Part shown: positions 36,393-46,011 of the stretch, one piece after another | Position numbering within the stretch: position 1 is the stretch's first letter | How the letters are laid out: every line of letters begins with the position of its first letter | From: an uncultured Thermoplasmatales archaeon | Lineage (GTDB): Archaea > Thermoplasmatota > SW-10-69-26 | Assembly (NCBI GenBank): GCA_964396185.1 | Contig: CAYNEI010000005.1 | Span: 19,842 to 83,841, forward strand | Length of the DNA stretch: 64,000 nt | Direction of reading: 5' to 3' | Program-made: the position numbers and the translations under genes | The notes under the pieces: generated by a model | The model's input: the letters and a program-made list of their open reading frames with translations, nothing else | What the model was told of the DNA's origin: nothing | The model's database searches: none

Positions 36393-37550
36393 ATGCAACC
36401 GGTTGCCATCGCAGAGGCCGCGTGCACGAAGTACGGGAAGCGCGAGGAGACCGCGCGGGAGCTCGCCGTGGAGGCGTCCATGGACGTGCTCGACACCGCA
36501 GGCATCGCGGGCGATGACCTGGACGCGCTGTTCGTGGCCAACGCCTTCGGCATGGCCGACAAGCAGGGCCACGTGGGCCCCCTGGTCGCCACGGCCATCG
36601 GCGCTCCACACATCCCCTCAAGCACGACCGAGGCAGCCTGTGCTTCGGCCAGCGTGGCCTTCCGCCACGCCCTTGCCTACGTCCGAAGCGGCATGGCCGA
36701 TGTCGCCCTGGCTGTCGGCACGGAGAAGGTGAGCCATATCGACACGCTTACCGCCACCTCTTACTTCTGCTACGGATCCGACTACTTCCTAGAAGGGGGT
36801 GTGGGAGCCACGTTCCCTGGGCTGTATGCCACCATGGCGCGATCGCATATGGCCGAGCACGGGACCACCGAGGAGGATCTGGCCCAGGTGGCCATCAAGA
36901 ACCACGAGAACGCCATGCACAACCCGACCGCGCACTTCCACAAGGAGATCACCGTGGAGGACGTTCTCAACTCCTACACCGTGGCAGCCCCCCTCAAGCT
37001 CTACGACGCCTGTCCGTTCAGCGACGGAGCGGCAGCCGCCATCATCGCGACACCGGAGAAGGCTCGCGAGCTTACAGACACGCCCATCGTCGTGGAGGGC
37101 TCCAGCCACCACGGGACCATCGCGGCCCTCTCGGAGAGACCGAGCCTCACGAGCATCGAAGCCACGCAGATCGCCGGGCGCGAGGCCATGACGCAAGCCG
37201 GTGTCAGCGCCGACCAGATCGGCCTCTTCGAGGTGCACGACTGCTTCACCATCGCTGAGCTCGTGGCCATGGAGGACCTCGGGCTGGCCAAGCCCGGCCA
37301 GGCCATCGATCTGGTGCGTGATGGCCAGACCAAGCCCGACGGGTCCACACCTGTCAACGCCTCCGGTGGGCTCAAGGCCAAAGGCCACCCAGTGGGCGCC
37401 ACGGGGTTGGGCCAGATCTACGAGGCGGTCCAGCAGCTCCGCGGCGAGGCCGGCGGCCGCCAGGTCGAGGACCTCGACCACGTGCTCACGCACAACGTGG
37501 GGGCAACCGGTGGCACCGTGACTGCCCACATCTTCGGGAGGGAGGGATGA
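36393..37550 (+). CDS. Thiolase (archaeal SCP-x-type acetyl-CoA acetyltransferase)
   Basis: EAACASA with the nucleophilic Cys, HDCFT, GHPVGATG. Confidence 0.9.
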   Translation: MQPVAIAEAACTKYGKREETARELAVEASMDVLDTAGIAGDDLDALFVANAFGMADKQGHVGPLVATAIGAPHIPSSTTEAACASASVAFRHALAYVRSGMADVALAVGTEKVSHIDTLTATSYFCYGSDYFLEGGVGATFPGLYATMARSHMAEHGTTEEDLAQVAIKNHENAMHNPTAHFHKEITVEDVLNSYTVAAPLKLYDACPFSDGAAAAIIATPEKARELTDTPIVVEGSSHHGTIAALSERPSLTSIEATQIAGREAMTQAGVSADQIGLFEVHDCFTIAELVAMEDLGLAKPGQAIDLVRDGQTKPDGSTPVNASGGLKAKGHPVGATGLGQIYEAVQQLRGEAGGRQVEDLDHVLTHNVGATGGTVTAHIFGREG

Positions 37551-37921
37551 CGATGAGCGAGCTTGCCACCATGGCGCAGATCACCGAGCAACGCAAGGAC
37601 GGGACCCTGATCGGGTTCCGGTGCAGCAACGAGCACACGTTCGTCTCCCCGGTCAAGCGGTGCCCGAAGTGCGGATCCAAGGAGATCATCCAGGTCGAGC
37701 TTCCCCCGAAGGGCGAGGTCGTGACGTTCACGATCCAGAACGTGGCCGCCGAGGAGTTCATGAACGAGACCCCGTTCGCGTGGGCCATCGTGGAGCTCGA
37801 GGACGGGACCCGCGTGACCGGTTGGGTCCCCTACGTGGCCTCGGACAACGACCTGGCCATCGGCGACACGGTTGAGTTCACGCCGACGTACAAGCCTGGA
37901 GTCATGTTCGAGAAGGTGTGA
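37547..37921 (+). CDS. DUF35 Zn-ribbon/OB-fold thiolase partner
   Basis: C...H...CPKCG followed by an OB fold (GEVVTFT, AIVELEDG); ATGA overlap with the thiolase. Confidence 0.88.
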   Translation: MTMSELATMAQITEQRKDGTLIGFRCSNEHTFVSPVKRCPKCGSKEIIQVELPPKGEVVTFTIQNVAAEEFMNETPFAWAIVELEDGTRVTGWVPYVASDNDLAIGDTVEFTPTYKPGVMFEKV

Positions 37922-37925
37922 GTCC

Positions 37926-38564
37926 ATGCGATGGTCTGCGGTGCTCGGCCTCCTGATGATCGTTCCCGGTGGCTGCCTCTCCGGAGAGGAGAGGCTCGGC
38001 CAGATGGACGCGACGGATGGCGTCCTGCGGGCCGAGGCCCTCGTTTCAGACGTGGCAGGCCCGGTCGACCTCGTTGGTGTCGCCGGGATCGAGGCCTCGG
38101 ATCCGGATCTCCTGAACGAGGACGACGGTCCGTTCGGGCAGCTTGGCCTTGAGGCGGACCCGCGCATCGGCGATGGTCTGGCCCTGGCATGGTCCTACGT
38201 TTTCGAAGAGGCCGGTGCGGGGGAGCACGAGGGTGCGATGTGGCAGGTCGTCATCCGGGCCGACGGCTCCCACGTCCCCCCGGAGCAGACCAGCGGTGCC
38301 GCCGACGAGGTGCTCCTCCCGTATGCCAGGGGACCCCTGGATGGGTGGGAGATCAGTTCCGCCCGAGCCGCCGAGATCGCCGCCGGGAACCATGACGCCT
38401 GGAAGGACCCCCAGACCGGTTGGGACGGGATCTGGCTCCTGATGCCCAACGATGACCGCACTGGTCCAGTCTGGGTGGTTGGGTTCGAGCAAGCCGGCGG
38501 AGGGAGCGACATCGCGTGGGCCTCGGTGGATGCCTCAAGCGGCGAGTACCTCGACTTCGAGTGA
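37926..38564 (+). CDS. Hypothetical lipoprotein
   Basis: MRWSAVLGLLMIVPGGCL lipobox-like signal, acidic mature part. Confidence 0.65.
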   Translation: MRWSAVLGLLMIVPGGCLSGEERLGQMDATDGVLRAEALVSDVAGPVDLVGVAGIEASDPDLLNEDDGPFGQLGLEADPRIGDGLALAWSYVFEEAGAGEHEGAMWQVVIRADGSHVPPEQTSGAADEVLLPYARGPLDGWEISSARAAEIAAGNHDAWKDPQTGWDGIWLLMPNDDRTGPVWVVGFEQAGGGSDIAWASVDASSGEYLDFE

Positions 38565-40181
38565 TCAGAGCACCGCCCCAAGCACCATGGCGATGCCATC
38601 CCCGAGCAGGATGGCGACCACGACCACGTGGACGCGCAGCAGGGCGTAGCCCATCTCGCCTCGCATCACGAAGCCCTGGCGGGCGCGCTCGAAGAGCCTG
38701 CTCTCCCACCAGGCGCGAGCCAGGCTGCCGGCCAGGACCATGAGCCCGGTGGCTGGACCGACCAGGAAGCCGAGCGCGGCAGGCGTGGCTCGGCCGGTAA
38801 GGTGCTGGATCAACAGCCCTGCGAGAAGCCCCCAGGCGAGCAGCGCGGTCCCCTCCCGGGTCACCAAGCCCTCCAGGGCCGCGGTGAGGCTGCGGGCATG
38901 GGGGGCGGCCAAGGGTGCGGCCTGGCCAGCCACGGAGGTGGCCAGGAGCCACGCGAGCGCAGAGGCCACGATGGTCGTCAAGACGAGCTGGATGAGGGTT
39001 CGCGGGGAGCGGACCGCCTCGAACGGGAGCGGGAGCGAGCGGGCTGCCTGGGTCACCGCTAATGCGCCCACCGCGGTCACGGTGGCCAGCGCACCCAGCG
39101 CCAGGGCGTCGGGGCGAGGTGCGAACCAGGCCAGAAGCCAGGCTGCAGCCGCGCCGAGGGCCACAGCGGCGCCGACAGGAGCCCTGCCGGTGTGAAGGGA
39201 GAGGAGAAGCGAGGCCAGCAGGATGCCAAGAGCGGTGCCAGCTGCCGGGAGCAAACCATGGGTCGTCCAAGCGATCAGCGCCCCGGCTGCCGCCCAAGCG
39301 GTGGTGGTCAGGATCGGGGTACGGCGCATGCGCCGGGCGAGGTAGAGCAACCCACCGCCCAGCAGCGCGCCGGCCCCGATGGGGGCCAGCGCGATGGGGA
39401 GCGAGAGGGCGGGTTCGGCGAGCTGGCCGATGGGGACGTGGACACCGTCGGGGGTTTCCACGGGCAGGTCGAACACGAAGGCCAGGGGGCTGAGCACCAG
39501 GAAGGCGAGACCGCCGAGGGCCAAGGGGCCCGCCTGGCGGGGTGGCACGAGGAAACCGATGGCCACCGGCGATAGAGTGAGCGGGATGGCCACGAGCCAG
39601 GCGGCCGATGGGCCGGGGAGCACGACCGAGCCGCTGTGCACAAGCTCTCCGAAGGCGGCCTCCACCACGGTGATCATGGCTCCCTCGTCCCCGAGCAGGA
39701 TCGGGGCTTCACGAAGGAGGCCAACGAGGATACCAGCCGGGAGCAGCACGATGAGAAGCCGGATGAGGCCAGTGGCTTGTTCGCGGTCCAGGGCAGCCAC
39801 GACCGTCCATCGCCGGGCCTCGTGCTCTTCCAACCGCCGAGGCGCGGGCGCGGCGGCAAGCCCGGCCATCGCACCCAAGCCCACCGCCAGAAGGAGCACG
39901 CCTGCCGTGGTGAGCGAGGCAGGGATGGGGGTGGCCCCATCGGCCAAGAGAAGCAGAACGGGGGCTAGGGCCAGCGGGATGCCCAGGCTTGCCGCAACCG
40001 TGGCGCGAGTGGCTCCTGCTCTGGCGTCCTCGACGTTGCGGGTGAGCGCCAGGGAGATGGCGTAGAGGGGGCCGAAGACCGCCAACGGCGCCAGGCCCGT
40101 GGACAGCATCCCGACGAGCACCACAAGGGCGGCCAAGGGTGCCATCAGGGCGAGCGTCGCTGTGAGCCATACCCGGTCCAC
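38565..40181 (-). CDS. Polytopic membrane protein, distantly OPT/YSL-transporter-like
   Basis: More than 12 hydrophobic segments; LAAPHA and ALGFLVGP resemble OPT C-terminal motifs. Family assignment is weak. Confidence 0.55.
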   Translation of the reverse strand: MDRVWLTATLALMAPLAALVVLVGMLSTGLAPLAVFGPLYAISLALTRNVEDARAGATRATVAASLGIPLALAPVLLLLADGATPIPASLTTAGVLLLAVGLGAMAGLAAAPAPRRLEEHEARRWTVVAALDREQATGLIRLLIVLLPAGILVGLLREAPILLGDEGAMITVVEAAFGELVHSGSVVLPGPSAAWLVAIPLTLSPVAIGFLVPPRQAGPLALGGLAFLVLSPLAFVFDLPVETPDGVHVPIGQLAEPALSLPIALAPIGAGALLGGGLLYLARRMRRTPILTTTAWAAAGALIAWTTHGLLPAAGTALGILLASLLLSLHTGRAPVGAAVALGAAAAWLLAWFAPRPDALALGALATVTAVGALAVTQAARSLPLPFEAVRSPRTLIQLVLTTIVASALAWLLATSVAGQAAPLAAPHARSLTAALEGLVTREGTALLAWGLLAGLLIQHLTGRATPAALGFLVGPATGLMVLAGSLARAWWESRLFERARQGFVMRGEMGYALLRVHVVVVAILLGDGIAMVLGAVL

Positions 40182-40271
40182 GACGGCGCAGGCGTGGCAT
40201 GGGTCAAAACCGTGGTCGTTCGCACCAGCCAGCTCGCAGGGTGGATGGAGCAGTGGCTGGATGAGTTGATG

Positions 40272-40294
40272 CGGGGGCCGGGAACCGGCCCCCG
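40272..40294 (-). terminator. GC hairpin just downstream of tRNA-Trp
   Basis: CGGGGGCCGG-GAA-CCGGCCCCCG perfect stem; terminator or processing role is inferred. Confidence 0.45.
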
Positions 40295-40299
40295 ATCCA

Positions 40300-40487
40300 T
40301 GGGGACACTGGGATCCTCACCACGCCGGGGTTGGCCCGACAGGGTTTTGAACCCAGATCGGCGGGTCTCTCCTAGGGTGGGTCAGTGCTCCAGTCAATCA
40401 GCATAGCGACCGACTCAGCAGACCCATACGGTCATCATTCCCACGATAACTGGAGCCCGCAATGATGCCTGGTTACACCATGTCCCC
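40300..40487 (-). tRNA. tRNA-Trp(CCA) with two introns (exons 40450-40487, 40346-40366, 40300-40313)
   Basis: Spliced 73-nt cloverleaf GGGGACA...GCGGG-CTCCAGA-CCCGC...CTGGG-TTCAAAT-CCCAG-TGTCCCC-A; both introns are flanked by bulge-helix-bulge motifs. Confidence 0.9.
40367..40449 (-). ncRNA. tRNA-Trp intron-encoded box C/D guide RNA
   Basis: C box ATGATGA (40432-40438), D' CTGA, C'-like ATGCTGA, D CTGA (40382-40385). The guides CTGGAGC and GGGTCT pair with the pre-tRNA, and the D+5 rule points to C34 and C39, as in the known euryarchaeal pre-tRNA-Trp arrangement. Confidence 0.85.
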
Positions 40488-40563
40488 AAGTTCCCACGCG
40501 GGGCCTCGGTCCGGAGCGACCGGTCCTGGGTCCCGCGGGGCGGGCCGGAGAGAAGAGGGTTCG

Positions 40564-40570
40564 TATTTAA
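40564..40570 (-). promoter_or_regulatory. TATA box for tRNA-Trp
   Basis: TTAAATA on the minus strand, implying a ~50-nt hairpin-forming 5' leader (40497-40537). Confidence 0.55.
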
Positions 40571-40660
40571 CCGTTGAGGGTTGACCGAGCCGTGGCCAGG
40601 GCCAGGGCTGGGGTTCCCGGCCTATCGTTTAAGTAGGGCTGTGCGCTGGCTGGCGCCACC

Positions 40661-42424
40661 ATGGCTACCCGGCAACCGATCGTCTCCGTGCTCGGTCACG
40701 TCGACCACGGGAAGACCACCTTGCTCGACCGGATCCGGGGCTCGTCGGTGGCCACCCGGGAAGCCGGGCGCATCACGCAGCACATCGGTGCGACCGAAGT
40801 GCCCATGGATGCTATCGAGGCGGTCTGCGGCCCGCTCATGGAGAACCGGCGCTTCAGTCTCCCTGGCTTGCTCTTCATCGACACACCCGGCCACCGGGCG
40901 TTCTCCACCCTGCGCACCCGGGGCGGCGCGTTGGCCGACATCGGCGTGGTCGTGGTGGACGTCCAGGAAGGACTCATGCCCCAGACCCGGGAAGCCCTCT
41001 CCATCCTCAAGCAGAACAACACCCCGTTCGTCATCGCGGCCAACAAGGTCGATCGCATCCACGGCTGGGAGACACATGCCGATGAACCGTTCATCACGTC
41101 GTTCCCGGAGCAGAACGAGAGCGTGCAACAGGACCTCCAGACCGCGCTCTACGAGCTCATCGGTGGCCTGCACGAGGCCGGCTACCCAGCCGACCGCTAC
41201 GACAACATCTCGGATTTCACCAAGACCGTGGCCATCGTGCCCATCTCGGCTGAGAACGGGGAAGGCCTGGCCGATCTCCTGCTGGTCCTCAGTGGCCTGG
41301 CTCAGCGCTTCCTCGAGCAAAAAGGGGACCTAGAAGCCGATCTCGACGCCCCGGGCAAAGCCACGGTCCTGGAGGTCAAAGAGGAGAAGGGGTTCGGTGC
41401 CACCGTGGACGTCATCCTCTACGATGGCAAGCTCGAGCAGGGCCAGACCATCGTGGTGGGGACCAAGCACAAGCCGAGGACGACGACGATCCGCGCGCTT
41501 CTCAAACCCCGAGCGCTGGACGAGATCCGCGACCCAAGCGACCGGTTCGAGAGCGTCGACGAGGTTCGCGCCGCCATGGGCCTCAAGATCGCCGCGCCCG
41601 AGCTCGACGACGTGACCCCGGGCGCGCCGCTTTACGGAGCCACGCCCGAGACGGTGGACGAGCTCAAGCAGCGCATCCGGTCCGAGCTCAAGCCCGACAT
41701 CAAGCTCGATGACGACAAGGGGTTGCTCATCAAGGCGGATACGCTGGGATCGTTGGAGGCCTTGGCCTTCGAGCTCTCCGAAGCCGAGATCCCGGTGCGC
41801 ATGGCGCGCGTCGGGAACGTCTCAGCCCGCGATGTCATCGACGCCGCCACGTTCCCCGACATCGAGCACCGCTGCATCCTGGCCTTCAACGTCGACGCCC
41901 TCCCGGACGTGAAGGAAGCGCTCCGGGAGCACGAGGTCGAGCTGATCCAGGACGAGATCGTCTACCAGCTCATCGATGATTACGAGGCCTACCGGGATGA
42001 GCTCAAGGAGGACATCCAGGAATCCGCGCGCTCGGAGCTCACGTTCCCCGGCAAGTTCCTGTTCCTTGAGGACCACAGCTTCCGGGTGCGCAAGCCCGCC
42101 ATCATGGGCGTGCGCGTGCTCGGCGGACGCATCCGCATCGGCCAGCGCATCCTGCGCGAAGACGGCCGTACCGTCGGCTCGATCCAATCCATCCGCCTGG
42201 ACGACAACCCCGTGACCGAAGCCAAGCAGGGTGACGAGGTGGCCATCGCCGTGGACGACGTCCAGATCGGCCGCCAGATGGATGAGAACGAGGTCTACTA
42301 CATCGACATGCCTGGCTCGGACTTCCGAGAGCTCAGCGACCACGATCTCACCTACGACGAGCAGGAGATCATGCAGGAGGTCGCCGAGATCAAGCGCCAG
42401 GAAGAGAACTTCTGGGGCATGTGA
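40661..42424 (+). CDS. infB: Translation initiation factor IF-2 (aIF5B)
   Basis: RQPIVSVLGHVDHGKTT, ITQHIGAT, DTPGH, NKVD, KADTLGSLEAL, C-terminal FWGM; TATA-like TTTAAG about 30 nt upstream. Confidence 0.96.
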   Translation: MATRQPIVSVLGHVDHGKTTLLDRIRGSSVATREAGRITQHIGATEVPMDAIEAVCGPLMENRRFSLPGLLFIDTPGHRAFSTLRTRGGALADIGVVVVDVQEGLMPQTREALSILKQNNTPFVIAANKVDRIHGWETHADEPFITSFPEQNESVQQDLQTALYELIGGLHEAGYPADRYDNISDFTKTVAIVPISAENGEGLADLLLVLSGLAQRFLEQKGDLEADLDAPGKATVLEVKEEKGFGATVDVILYDGKLEQGQTIVVGTKHKPRTTTIRALLKPRALDEIRDPSDRFESVDEVRAAMGLKIAAPELDDVTPGAPLYGATPETVDELKQRIRSELKPDIKLDDDKGLLIKADTLGSLEALAFELSEAEIPVRMARVGNVSARDVIDAATFPDIEHRCILAFNVDALPDVKEALREHEVELIQDEIVYQLIDDYEAYRDELKEDIQESARSELTFPGKFLFLEDHSFRVRKPAIMGVRVLGGRIRIGQRILREDGRTVGSIQSIRLDDNPVTEAKQGDEVAIAVDDVQIGRQMDENEVYYIDMPGSDFRELSDHDLTYDEQEIMQEVAEIKRQEENFWGM

Positions 42425-42581
42425 GCCACGAACAGCGGCTCACATCCAAGAGACCGCCGCCTGGCGGCCGCGGTCGAACGGAGGTCGGCTGTCATCCAGC
42501 CAACCTCACGTTGAGCGCGCCGCAGGCACGCTCCGGTGAAGGCGCCGAAGCGCCCCCACCGTTCAGGCGTCGGCGCCCTTC
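42419..42581. repeat. Five stacked inverted repeats between the convergent infB and aquaporin genes
   Basis: ATGTGAGCC/GGCTCACAT, GACCGC/GCGGTC, GAGGTCGGCTG/CAGCCAACCTC, GAGCGCGCC-GCA-GGCACGCTC, GAAGGCGCCGA/TCGGCGCCCTTC. Confidence 0.75.
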
Positions 42582-43279
42582 TCGACGATGCCATCGTACA
42601 CGGCAGCGGCCAGGGCACCACCGAGCAGGGGTCCGACGAAGTAGACCGCCAGCCAGCCGGCAGGGCCCATGCCCAGGGGGGCTCCGACGGCCACGGGGCC
42701 AAGCGTGCGTGCTGGGTTCATCGAAGCCCCGGTGAGCGGACCTCCGACGAGGATGTCGAAGAAGAGCACGAGACCGATGGCGAAGCCGCCGACCTTGGGG
42801 GCGTGCTTGCTCATGCCGGTGCCGAAAACGGTGAAGACCAGGAAGAAGGTGAGGACAAGCTCGAGGCTCACGGCTGCCAGGGTGGTCATCACGCTGGTGT
42901 CGGTGAGGGTCGCGCCGATGCTAGCAGCGTCCACGGCGCCCATGGGGAGCAGGGCACGTACGAAGGCAGCACCTGCGATGCCACCGGCGAGCTGGGCGAC
43001 CACGTAGATGCCCGCCAGGGTGGCAGGGATCCGCTTGGTCAAGAACGCCCCGAAGGTCACCGCCGGGTTGACGTGACCCCCGCTGATGTTCATGGTGGCG
43101 CTCACGACGATGGCGAGCACGATGGCATGGGCGCCTGCGATGCCGATGAGCCCGTAGCCTTCCGCGCCAAGGAACGTGTTCATGACGATCGAGCCGGCGC
43201 CGAAGAACACCAGCCCGAAGGTCGCAACGAACTCTGCTGTGGCCTTCCCGATCCACCCCTCGTTCATGTCGTGAGCCAT
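42563..43279 (-). CDS. Aquaporin / MIP family channel
   Basis: Two NPA motifs (SGGHVNPAVT, GASMNPAR) and six TM segments. Confidence 0.93.
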   Translation of the reverse strand: MAHDMNEGWIGKATAEFVATFGLVFFGAGSIVMNTFLGAEGYGLIGIAGAHAIVLAIVVSATMNISGGHVNPAVTFGAFLTKRIPATLAGIYVVAQLAGGIAGAAFVRALLPMGAVDAASIGATLTDTSVMTTLAAVSLELVLTFFLVFTVFGTGMSKHAPKVGGFAIGLVLFFDILVGGPLTGASMNPARTLGPVAVGAPLGMGPAGWLAVYFVGPLLGGALAAAVYDGIVEKGADA

Positions 43280-43348
43280 AGCGGTCGGGGTTATGGCTCT
43301 TACGATGCGCGCGGAGCCGGCCGATGGGGCTCCGCGGTCGCCCTGGCA

Positions 43349-44512
43349 TCAGTAGTCGACGTGGACGAAGGCCGTGTACGCGACCGAGGCTCCTCGGGCG
43401 TTGTAGACCCAGAGCGTGTACTCTCCAGGCTCGAGGGGGTGGCGGAGCTCGATGTGCTCGGTGGGATGCTCTGAGACGGCCTCCGCGATGAGCTCGCCAT
43501 CGGCGTCTGCGAGGTAGAGGTCCAGGTCGGCTGCGAAGCTGTCGTCGCCTCGTGGACCGACCTCGACGGTGGTCCAGAGGTTGCTTTCCCCGATCTCGAA
43601 GGGGTGGGCCCGGGCGTTGATCCCATCAAGCAGCTTGCGGGCTTCCAGGGTCCCGACGGGGGCGACGTCCTCGAAGCGTTGATCGAGGTCGGCGCGTGGG
43701 CGCAGGACGTGGCTGTGGTCGCCGATGGTGACCCGGAGCACGTGGCGTCCGGGTTCGGCGTCGATCTCGACCGAGTCCTCGGTGCTGATGGTCTCCCCGT
43801 CGTAGGTCCACTCGACGGGTCCATCTGCGTCCGTGATCTCGAAGCTGACGCCCTGGGAGGAGGTGAGCAGCGGGTAGGCCTCCGGGACGTGGATCGTGTA
43901 CGGGAAGGTCCCGATGGGGTCGCGGTAGCCATCCGGCCACACCATCCAGCCGTACATGGGTTCGGCGTTGGCATCGACGCTGCGGGCGGTCTCAGGACCG
44001 ACCACCTGGCTGGCGCGCAGCTCACCGGGTTCCTCCATGGTGAGATAGATGCTCTGGGTGACGTCTGCTTCCCCATTCCAGGCACCGATGCCCACGGAGA
44101 GCAGCGCCTCGCCGATGCCATCGGTCAAGCGGAGGGTGACGCGCATCTCGCTGACAGCGAGACCATCGGGCACGGTCAACCGGGCCATGGGGACCCGCTC
44201 ACCAGGTGCCAGAGAGGTGGTCTCCGTGACGAAGCTGGTCTCCCCGCCAGGAAGCGGAGAGACGAAGAGGTCGCGCACATCGATGCGCTCGGGGCTCTCG
44301 GGTGTCAGCTCGAGCACGATGGTCAGCGTGTTCTCGGCTCGCTCGCGCGGTTCCTGTGGGGTCCTCTCTGAGATCTCGTGGGCCTGGCTGGCTGGCTCGC
44401 CGGACGCTGGTCCGGTTTCTTGGGTCTGCCCCGGCAGGGTGCCGATGCACCCGGCCAGCAGCATGAGAAGCGCGAGTCCGATAGCCGCACCGGATCGCCT
44501 CCTTGGAAGCAT
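43349..44512 (-). CDS. Putative (Tat) lipoprotein with a C-terminal PPC-like domain
   Basis: MLPRRRS...LLAGC signal; DLDLYLADADG...PGEYTLWV motif. Confidence 0.7.
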   Translation of the reverse strand: MLPRRRSGAAIGLALLMLLAGCIGTLPGQTQETGPASGEPASQAHEISERTPQEPRERAENTLTIVLELTPESPERIDVRDLFVSPLPGGETSFVTETTSLAPGERVPMARLTVPDGLAVSEMRVTLRLTDGIGEALLSVGIGAWNGEADVTQSIYLTMEEPGELRASQVVGPETARSVDANAEPMYGWMVWPDGYRDPIGTFPYTIHVPEAYPLLTSSQGVSFEITDADGPVEWTYDGETISTEDSVEIDAEPGRHVLRVTIGDHSHVLRPRADLDQRFEDVAPVGTLEARKLLDGINARAHPFEIGESNLWTTVEVGPRGDDSFAADLDLYLADADGELIAEAVSEHPTEHIELRHPLEPGEYTLWVYNARGASVAYTAFVHVDY

Positions 44513-44609
44513 CGCTCCATGGGTTCCCGTAGCATGGTTTGAAGCATCGTGTGTCCCGTCCGTGACAAGCCCCTGGTGGTCGTCATCTTGACGACTCGGG
44601 TTCGGTGTC

Positions 44610-45830
44610 ATGTCTTCATGTGGAGCCGAGGGTTCTGGGCACGGGGGAACCGAGCAGGTGGACCGACGACGGTTAAGGCGGGGGACGTTCGCGCTGGCCG
44701 GACTCTTCGCGGGCACCATGGGCATGGCGATCCCTCTGGCCTTCCAGCTCCTCGAGGGGCCGCTGGCCACCGGGGCTGCGGTCATCGGGGCGATCTCTGC
44801 CGGGTTCGGAGGCGTGCAGGTGGTCAGCCGGTTGCCAGCGGGCCGGTGGATCGATGGTCGGGGCACCAGGGGGATCGTGCAGGCGAGCTGGCTCGCCACC
44901 GCCGTGGCCGGCGGGCTCTTCCTCGCGTCGAGCAACCTCCTGGTGGCCGGCGCTGCCATCCTGGCCTACGGCCTGGGGGTCGGGTTGTTCTGGGTGGGCA
45001 TCCACGCCCGGGTCTCGAGGTTGGCCCCGCCTGGAGAGGTGGCCGAGACCATGGTGCGCTTCCTGGTGGTCGTGGGCGTCGGGTACACGCTCGGTCCCCT
45101 GGCTGGCGGGCTGGCCGATGTCATCGGTTTCCGGGCAACCCTTGGCCTGCTCGCCCCGCTCGGGATGCTGGGTTGGCTCGGTGAGCGCCGCCTGGAGGAG
45201 CCAAGCTCAAGCCATGGCGACAAGCGGACGTCGGCTGCAGCGGCGGGTGGGCTGGCGCTGGGGATCGCCTCAGGGTTCTTCCTCGGCTTCTTTCTCGGCG
45301 CCTCAGACACCTTCATCCCCGTGCACCTGGCCGCCGCAGGCGTCTCTGCCTTCGGGGTCGGCCTGTTCCTCTCCGCTCGGGAGGGCACCAACCTCGTGGT
45401 CCGGTTGGTCACCGCGCGCATGGTCACGGACCGCGCTGGCGTGTGGCTGATCGCGCTGGGTGCCTTGGGCACGGGGGCGGGCTCGTTGCTCTTCCCGCGG
45501 GCGGACACGAGCCTCATGCTCGCCCTGGCGGCGGGGATCCAAGGCCTCGGTCTCGGGGTGCTGGCGCCAGCCAGTTTGACGTTGACCGCGCGCGGCAGTC
45601 CGCCGGGAGCCATCGGGCGATCCATGGGTCGTCACGGCGCCTGGCTCGGGGTGGGCTTGCTTGTAGGGCCGTTGGTGCTGGGTCCGGTGGGGGAAGCGTT
45701 GGGCACGGGCCGGATCTTCGATGCCGTCGCCGTCGTCTCGGTGGGCATGCTGGCCTGGGCGGTCTACCACGGTCTTAGCCGGGAGCGCCAGGATCGACAC
45801 GCTCCACAGGATTTGCAGGATGGAACGTGA
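44610..45830 (+). CDS. MFS transporter
   Basis: About 12 TM segments, motif A-like GRWIDGRGTR; start may be GTG 44658. Confidence 0.85.
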   Translation: MSSCGAEGSGHGGTEQVDRRRLRRGTFALAGLFAGTMGMAIPLAFQLLEGPLATGAAVIGAISAGFGGVQVVSRLPAGRWIDGRGTRGIVQASWLATAVAGGLFLASSNLLVAGAAILAYGLGVGLFWVGIHARVSRLAPPGEVAETMVRFLVVVGVGYTLGPLAGGLADVIGFRATLGLLAPLGMLGWLGERRLEEPSSSHGDKRTSAAAAGGLALGIASGFFLGFFLGASDTFIPVHLAAAGVSAFGVGLFLSAREGTNLVVRLVTARMVTDRAGVWLIALGALGTGAGSLLFPRADTSLMLALAAGIQGLGLGVLAPASLTLTARGSPPGAIGRSMGRHGAWLGVGLLVGPLVLGPVGEALGTGRIFDAVAVVSVGMLAWAVYHGLSRERQDRHAPQDLQDGT

Positions 45831-46011
45831 ACCCCCCGGCATCGGGCTCAAGGTGTCCGTGGTCCCCGATGGCGGTGTCGAGGCCCTCAGCCAGCTTGGC
45901 GAGCACGCGCTCCCCCGCCGGGCGCTCGACGAGCACGAGGACCGGCCGACCCGGCAGGCGTGTGCGCGCGAGCACCCGGCCCTCCAGGTCGCCCGCTCCA
46001 TCCGCGCTCAA
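45775..46011 (-). CDS. Small OB-fold protein resembling the C-terminal half of DUF35
   Basis: TTGA overlap with the thiolase stop; GRVLART..VLVE..GERVLA...IGD pattern; no Zn cysteines. Confidence 0.5.
   Translation of the reverse strand: MSADGAGDLEGRVLARTRLPGRPVLVLVERPAGERVLAKLAEGLDTAIGDHGHLEPDAGGFTFHPANPVERVDPGAPG

Noticed and set aside
40194..40560. ORF 40194-40406, or SRP/RNase P RNA, in this gap
   Set aside because: The region is explained by the intron-containing tRNA-Trp, its leader and flanking hairpins.
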